Below, in pieces: positions 15,560-20,000 of a stretch of 20,000 bases of DNA. Below the pieces are notes generated by a model. That model made no database searches. It had not been told where the DNA came from and worked only from the letters and a program-made list of their open reading frames with translations. Made by a program: the position numbers and the translations under genes. The DNA is taken from IMG/VR virus record IMGVR_UViG_3300041964_000089; one strand, written 5' to 3'. Every line of letters begins with the position of its first letter. Positions within the stretch are counted from its first letter, which is position 1. This DNA is from an uncultured virus (IMG/VR IMGVR_UViG_3300041964_000089). Lineage: Duplodnaviria; Heunggongvirae; Uroviricota; Caudoviricetes.

Positions 15560-17728
15560 TTACTTCGGGCAAGTTACACTTTGTCTTGCAAGCTGGTGTT
15601 GCTGAGCCATTTTATCTAGGTAGCCGATCGCAATTTCTTTTGAGAAAAATGGATGACCAGTGCCAGTCTGACTCCAAATAGACCATGCCCACCAGCGCCC
15701 ATCTTGGCCTTGTTTGATACGACCAATTCCGTTGTAATTTTCTGTTTCTCGCGCAAAACAGGCATACTGTTGGTACATTCTGGGATTGAAAGTGCGTCCG
15801 GCTTCAATAGCTGCTCTGATTTGTTGATGCCGCACGTTGGGGTGCTTAGTTTCTGACGCTGTGAATCCGGCATTGATAACAATGAAAATTTCATCGTTGC
15901 GGATGTAGAATTGGCGGATTGCACCCTTCTTGCCTACGATCGTCCCTTTGATCGGCGTCTGCCAGTGAATAGTCCCTTCTGGCTCGATTTCGGTGACTGG
16001 CTGCTCGTCCAAATTTTCGTCATGAGTGGGCAGAATAGATGGATCAAAAGCTGTGATTTTGAACAGCTTGAGCGTGTCGGCTTTCAGTTCTGTCATTTTC
16101 TCTAATTGAACTGCGGGGAAAAGTTGAGGTTCAGACTTGGGGCGATGGTAATACTCAATAGCTTTGTCGATTTTTTCAAGGTGCAGCAACGTGATCACTT
16201 CATCTTCGCTTCCCATTGCTGTTCGCTCAACTGCTAGCTGAGCCTTGAGTTGGCATTCGGACAAATATGCTAAGTCGTAAAATTGCTTGTCAAGCGCACT
16301 TTCTTTGACCATTGCACTTATAAAATTGTCATCCTGTTTTGCTTGCCGTATTGGCGCGGTGGAAACAGGAGTGGAAGCCGTCAGAGTGGAGGTTGCAGAG
16401 ATCCGACCGCGACCGTTGTCGCCACGATTTGGGGGTGCGTCGTCGTTGGTTGTAGTATTTGTTTTTTTCGGTTGGGTAATGGGTAATAAATCAGGTAGAG
16501 ATTTTTGGTACTCCCCGATCTCTGTCATCATTTCAAAGTACCACCAACTCGGTTGGGGATTTTTAGCGAAATTTTTAGCTTCATCAAGGACAGATCGTAT
16601 GCGTTCGGCAATCGCATGAATGCTGTCGTGCATTGTTACGTTAGTCCCAATATCGGCTTGGCAACCCTCGGTAGCCCAGACATATTTTGCTCGTGGAGCG
16701 TAATTCCAGTAGTCTTTACCATTCTCCAACTCGTGGAAAATAAACGGACACTCTGCGGCGATAATGAACTCCAAGCATTCTGTTGCGTCCAATTTGCTAG
16801 CGTTTTTAATAACTTCGGCGTAAATTGCCGATGGGTTGATAAGTTGCAGGTAAGCGTCAAATTGCCAGCATTCAATAGTTGGAAGTTGCTCGCCACCATA
16901 AACTTTGTAACCTTGCTGCGCCAGCCAAAATTGCTCTTTATATTCGTTGGCGCGATCGCGGGTAGTGCTAGCAATACAGCACGGTACTGACTGCTTTTCG
17001 GAGAAAGCGACATATTTAGGCAGAGGCAAATTGAAGAAAAAAGGCATTGCGCGTTTGGCTGGGGCAATCGGCGCTTCAACCTGAATTTTACTAGGGGTCA
17101 CGGTAGCAGAAACTGGAATTTCAGCAGAAGCAATCAATTCAGTCATCTCGGTTTCAAGATCAGCTATTTCTTGGTAACAATCGGTCTCAGCTTCCCAGTG
17201 GCCGCAAGTCACGGCGTCGGTCAGTCCGCAGCAGTAGCGATCGCCGTCAATGTGACGAGCCAAGGGGCAGGTGGCGCAAGTGAGCGGGGTTGCGATTTGT
17301 TCCGTTTCAACTACGGGCTGCGGTTGTGCAGCAATGATGCGGTTTTCGTAGTCCCAGCGCGTGCGGGATAATGCTGTTGCTTTCAAACCGAGGCTGGTGT
17401 GCAGTTTTTGGATTTGGTTCCAAGTTAAGGTTTTGAGCGTTTCAGCGGTGTGTGCCGGTGCGCTGGCTGCTGGCGCTTCGACTTCGACCAACTCTTTAAC
17501 TGTTGGTGCTGCAAGTTCTCCAACCACCCATTCTTCTGTGTGGCGGTCGCGGCAGTTAGGGAATGTGACAACCAGGCAGGTGTGGCCATCTGCCAAAATT
17601 TCCTTGCCGACCACGCAGGCGATCGGAGCGAACGGTTTGCGGATTACATCTCCCACTTGGCATTTAGGTGTGGCATCTTGCCAGATTACTTGGGCGGGGG
17701 TTTGGGGTTTGAGGGCTGTGAATGTCAT
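15560..17728 (-). CDS. Large mosaic phage early protein (~722 aa) with Cys-rich putative Zn-binding domain
   Basis: Long ORF with TCATCPLAR...YCCGL...CGHW...DC and P/T/A/E-rich linkers. ATG 17728 (after AAAAGAGA) is preferred to GTG 17806. Confidence 0.8.
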   Translation of the reverse strand: MTFTALKPQTPAQVIWQDATPKCQVGDVIRKPFAPIACVVGKEILADGHTCLVVTFPNCRDRHTEEWVVGELAAPTVKELVEVEAPAASAPAHTAETLKTLTWNQIQKLHTSLGLKATALSRTRWDYENRIIAAQPQPVVETEQIATPLTCATCPLARHIDGDRYCCGLTDAVTCGHWEAETDCYQEIADLETEMTELIASAEIPVSATVTPSKIQVEAPIAPAKRAMPFFFNLPLPKYVAFSEKQSVPCCIASTTRDRANEYKEQFWLAQQGYKVYGGEQLPTIECWQFDAYLQLINPSAIYAEVIKNASKLDATECLEFIIAAECPFIFHELENGKDYWNYAPRAKYVWATEGCQADIGTNVTMHDSIHAIAERIRSVLDEAKNFAKNPQPSWWYFEMMTEIGEYQKSLPDLLPITQPKKTNTTTNDDAPPNRGDNGRGRISATSTLTASTPVSTAPIRQAKQDDNFISAMVKESALDKQFYDLAYLSECQLKAQLAVERTAMGSEDEVITLLHLEKIDKAIEYYHRPKSEPQLFPAVQLEKMTELKADTLKLFKITAFDPSILPTHDENLDEQPVTEIEPEGTIHWQTPIKGTIVGKKGAIRQFYIRNDEIFIVINAGFTASETKHPNVRHQQIRAAIEAGRTFNPRMYQQYACFARETENYNGIGRIKQGQDGRWWAWSIWSQTGTGHPFFSKEIAIGYLDKMAQQHQLARQSVTCPK

Positions 17729-17850
17729 AATAAGGTTGTCTCTTTTGAGTTTTGGCTCTTTTGGGATGCCCCTTTTTAAGGGGAGCGGTACGCGGGCGGT
17801 CTGCACTTTGTTTTCCAGACAGGGGTGTAGGCCGCCTTTGCTATATCTTT

Positions 17851-17879
17851 ATACTAAATCAAGTGATGGCTGATTGCAA
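17851..17879 (-). promoter_or_regulatory. Leftward sigma70-type promoter for the early operon
   Basis: Minus strand TTGCAA (17879-17874), 17-nt spacer, TAGTAT (17856-17851). An operator repeat lies in the spacer. Confidence 0.6.
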
Positions 17880-17941
17880 TAGCTGTGTCATCACTTGATT
17901 TTATGATAGCAGCTAAAACAGATAAGAACAAGTGATGACAC
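17856..17941. promoter_or_regulatory. Three copies of operator-like CAAGTGATG(G/A)C in alternating orientation
   Basis: AAATCAAGTGATG (17856-17868) pairs with CATCACTTGATTT (17889-17901); GTGTCATCACTTG (17885-17897) pairs with CAAGTGATGACAC (17929-17941). A rightward TATAAT lies at 17970-17975. Confidence 0.75.
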
Positions 17942-18010
17942 TGTGATACTTTCTGATGACGCTTGTTAGTATAATGACATCAAAGTCACATAATACTGAG
18001 GTACGCCAAA

Positions 18011-18235
18011 ATGATTGCAACAGAAATGAAAGGGCAAAGATTCACATTTACTATTGAGCCTGATTTATATGAATCGCTAAAAATACAGGCGAAGCGAGAG
18101 CGCAGGTCTATTGGCTCTTTGCTTAACTGGCTTGTTGCAGAATATCTGGAAGAACAGCAAGGGTTGCAAATTCAACCAACTATTCAACACGGAGGTGATC
18201 GCAAATCTGATAAACGGAGTTCTGATAATGATTGA
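18011..18235 (+). CDS. Ribbon-helix-helix (Arc/CopG-like) DNA-binding protein
   Basis: Beta-strand RFTFTI, helix PDLYESLKIQAKRE, turn RRS, helix IGSLLNWLVAEYL, and a C-terminal HGGDRKS basic motif. Confidence 0.88.
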   Translation: MIATEMKGQRFTFTIEPDLYESLKIQAKRERRSIGSLLNWLVAEYLEEQQGLQIQPTIQHGGDRKSDKRSSDND

Positions 18236-18773
18236 TCCCAAATTAATTAACTTGTCTGCGTTGCCGTCCGTTTCATTAGGTAATCGCAAACACTTGCCAC
18301 AAACAGCAGGCATCTATCTGGCAATCGACGCTGCTGAAACGGTGCAGTACATCGGGCGATCAGTCAATTTGCGCCAACGATGGTCAAGCCATCATCAGTC
18401 ATCTGCCTTGGACATTATTACGGGCGTTCGGATTGCTTGGTTTGAGATTAGCGAGTCAAGCTTGCTTCCACAAATCGAACAAGCGTTGATTGAATATTTT
18501 AACCCTCCGTTCAACGTTGGGTGTTGTCCGCCCAAATTCGTAAAGTCGTCTGACAGACCCGCAGTAAAACATTCCACTGTCAAAATTCGTTGTTGGCTGC
18601 AAGAGCTGCTTGATGAAAAAGAAATGACTCGGAGCGCACTGAGCTTGCAAACCGGGTTAACCAGTGCTGCTATTCGCGGACTTTGTGAAAATACCGCTAA
18701 GCGTTACGACGTAGGCACTTTAGCGGTACTTTTTAGCTGCAAAGAAGACAAACATAACCTAACTAATCAATAA
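18228..18773 (+). CDS. GIY-YIG nuclease-like domain fused to Cro/C1-type HTH
   Basis: AGIYLAID...VQYIGRSVNLRQRW..HH...IEQALIEYFNPPFN, followed by LQELLDEKEMTRSALSLQTGLTSAAIRGL...RYDVGTL. ATG 18228 overlaps the RHH 3' end and is preferred over TTG 18111. Confidence 0.88.
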   Translation: MIDPKLINLSALPSVSLGNRKHLPQTAGIYLAIDAAETVQYIGRSVNLRQRWSSHHQSSALDIITGVRIAWFEISESSLLPQIEQALIEYFNPPFNVGCCPPKFVKSSDRPAVKHSTVKIRCWLQELLDEKEMTRSALSLQTGLTSAAIRGLCENTAKRYDVGTLAVLFSCKEDKHNLTNQ

Positions 18774-18778
18774 GAAAA

Positions 18779-19093
18779 ATGAACAACCAATCCAATCAGC
18801 TAAACGAATCAAATGTTTCCCAAACTACCACCATTTTTTTTTACGACTCTCGTGACTTCAATGTGGAAGATGTACAAAAAAGTGCAGATTGGGACAAAAT
18901 AAGTGCTTGTTTGCAAATGGGGTTAACCGTTGTGATTCACTGTAGCAAGCAAGACAAATTACCAATAAAAATAACCTTTTTGAGTTCATTCGACTCTAAG
19001 GAAATTGCAAACGATTACGCAACTGATATAAGCATAGGTTCTGACGAGTCAGCGTGGGTAGATATTGTCTGGCCCGAAAATTACCAAGTTTAA
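18779..19093 (+). CDS. Hypothetical protein (104 aa)
   Basis: ATG 5 bp after the upstream stop, followed by a hairpin. No family recognised. Confidence 0.6.
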   Translation: MNNQSNQLNESNVSQTTTIFFYDSRDFNVEDVQKSADWDKISACLQMGLTVVIHCSKQDKLPIKITFLSSFDSKEIANDYATDISIGSDESAWVDIVWPENYQV

Positions 19094-19104
19094 GAACTTC
19101 AATT

Positions 19105-19141
19105 TGCTCTTGCTTCGTGATCACCATTGGAAGCAAGAGCA
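19105..19141. terminator. Stem-loop after the rightward regulatory operon
   Basis: TGCTCTTGCTTC (19105-19116) pairs with GAAGCAAGAGCA (19130-19141), 12-bp perfect arms. Confidence 0.6.
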
Positions 19142-19224
19142 TAGAAGGGAGGGGCGATTAGCATAAAACTCAAAAAAGAGTCTCCCTAACGCGGCGTTTC
19201 CCTATTGCGGTCCACGTTCACCGC

Positions 19225-19425
19225 TGGGTCGCTGCTGATGTAGGGGCTGTTTTAGGGATTAGCCAAAATACGCTGTCGGAGCGTGTGAGCAAAATGCCTG
19301 AACGTTGGAAGGGTATCGGTCTGACCGACACCCTTGGCGGCCAACAGCACATGCTGACCGTGACCGAGCCAGGACTGTACGAATTGATTTTCCGATCGGA
19401 CAAACCCGCAGCGCAGCGGTTCCGA
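19225..19425 (+). pseudogene. BRO-N (phage antirepressor-type) gene fragment
   Basis: WVAADVGAVLGI...TDTLGGQQHMLTVTEPGLYELIFRSDKPAAQRFR matches BRO-N. There is an in-frame TAG at 19159 with no ATG before the homologous region, and homology stops at 19425. Confidence 0.85.
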
Positions 19426-19586
19426 TCGCAATCCCCCGACCAGCACTTGTATTTGCCCGATTTCGGATCGATCGACAGGCTGCTACCTTGACACACCGGG
19501 CATTCGTAGTAGTTCTTGCCCTTTTTGGATGGGGTCAAGCGATCAATGTGCTCGCGGATGTCGAATGTGGATAGTGTGCTATTCAT
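19423..19586 (-). pseudogene. N-terminal zinc-finger fragment of a cyanobacterial plasmid/phage-type primase
   Basis: MNSTLSTFDIREHIDRLTPSKKGKNYYECPVCQGSSLSIDPKSGKYKCWSGDCDR (CxxC...CW..C). The frame then runs into the antisense strand of the BRO fragment. Confidence 0.75.
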
Positions 19587-19767
19587 TAGCCGCACCCCCG
19601 ATCGCTCCAAATGCGGTCCCAAAAAATTCCCGGTTATCTTGCGGCGTATTTAGAGGGGCTTGTGGTTTTAGTGTAAACTTACTTAAACTTGTCAAATCTT
19701 GGCTAAAGTTATCTAAACTTACCGAAGGTTGACCAAATCCGTCCGAGGCTGGTAGAATGGGATTCAT
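19579..19767 (-). CDS. Small leader-like ORF (62 aa) overlapping the primase-fragment start
   Basis: ATG with GGAG 11 nt upstream. Its end overlaps the ATG at 19586, suggesting translational coupling. Confidence 0.45.
   Translation of the reverse strand: MNPILPASDGFGQPSVSLDNFSQDLTSLSKFTLKPQAPLNTPQDNREFFGTAFGAIGGAANE
19671..19730. repeat. Six 10-bp-phased imperfect direct repeats (NNNTAAACTT)
   Basis: gtgTAAACTT actTAAACTT gtcAAATCTT ggcTAAAGTT atcTAAACTT accGAAGGTT. Confidence 0.8.
19729..19758 (+). promoter_or_regulatory. Rightward sigma70 promoter, antisense to the primase operon leader
   Basis: TTGACC (19729-19734), 18-nt spacer, extended -10 TGgTAGAAT (hexamer 19753-19758). Confidence 0.65.
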
Positions 19768-19912
19768 AGCGCGTGGGTCTCCGTAAAGGTTGACGCGCTA
19801 CACCTATATTTAAGAGAGGCTGTACTCTATCCACTGTCTGTCCGCAACTTGCCGACAACTGCTGACAACAGTAAAAAGTACGGTATATTAAAATTACTAA
19901 TTAATTAATTTT

Positions 19913-19948
19913 TTGCTGTGCCTCTCTCAAAGGTGCAGCGATTTTTTT
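19913..19948 (+). terminator. Rho-independent terminator
   Basis: GCTGTGCCT-ctctcaa-AGGTGCAGC stem with two G-U pairs (valid on the + strand), followed by GA and T7. Confidence 0.7.
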
Positions 19949-20000
19949 GGCTTAAAACGAGTGGAAATAATGCCTGTAAACCTTGTTTGGGTATTTGAGG

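Larger units (their letters stand above)
4780..17244. repeat. Dispersed cyanobacterial HIP1 octamers GCGATCGC
   Basis: Perfect copies seen starting at 4780, 8253, 9014, 9750, 12139, 12158, 16952 and 17237, plus many CGATCG cores. Confidence 0.9.
1..20000. mobile_element. Cyanobacterial prophage or phage-plasmid region (boundaries outside the window)
   Basis: Endolysin, putative tail genes, orphan MTase, ASCH, helicase, BRO-N, primase zinc finger and divergent regulator. No housekeeping genes, and no integrase or att site visible. Confidence 0.85.

Noticed and set aside
17769..17783. CCCCTTTTTAAGGGG palindrome in the early operon leader
   Set aside because: It is a short single copy resembling common dispersed cyanobacterial palindromes, with no specific function supportable.
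16287..17873. Several 100-170 aa ORFs overlapping the large early gene (16287-16619, 16505-16990, 16636-17079, 17361-17873, 17450-17779)
   Set aside because: They show no motifs, mostly lie antisense, and are expected shadows. Unlike the dcm beta frame, they supply no missing functional motif.
19218..19622. 134-aa ORF as an intact gene
   Set aside because: It is chimeric: only residues to CWSGDCDR are primase-like, and the rest is the antisense strand of the BRO fragment.

Overview
This is a phage-like element (prophage or phage-plasmid) from a cyanobacterium: at least 8 perfect HIP1 octamers GCGATCGC and many CGATCG cores are present. From left to right it holds: (i) the end of a + strand putative virion/tail module (1-4131); (ii) a divergent cargo locus with a GT2 glycosyltransferase, an unannotated 49-aa peptide ORF within twin long hairpins, and a sulfotransferase; (iii) a GH24 endolysin converging on two membrane-protein genes; (iv) a ~9.5 kb minus-strand early/DNA-metabolism operon (two large unknown proteins, a 221-aa protein, UvrD-like helicase, ASCH protein, C5 DNA methyltransferase); (v) a divergent switch with repeated operators, an RHH regulator and a GIY-YIG-HTH protein; (vi) a scar where BRO-N and primase zinc-finger fragments are fused at a HIP1-like site, followed by 10-bp phased repeats and a candidate antisense RNA. 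The most striking feature is the methyltransferase. It appears to be two polypeptides encoded in nested reading frames on one strand: alpha carries motifs I-VIII and X, and beta carries four PTP-type repeats and motif IX, as in M.EcoHK31I. All calls come from motif recognition by eye; no database searches were run.
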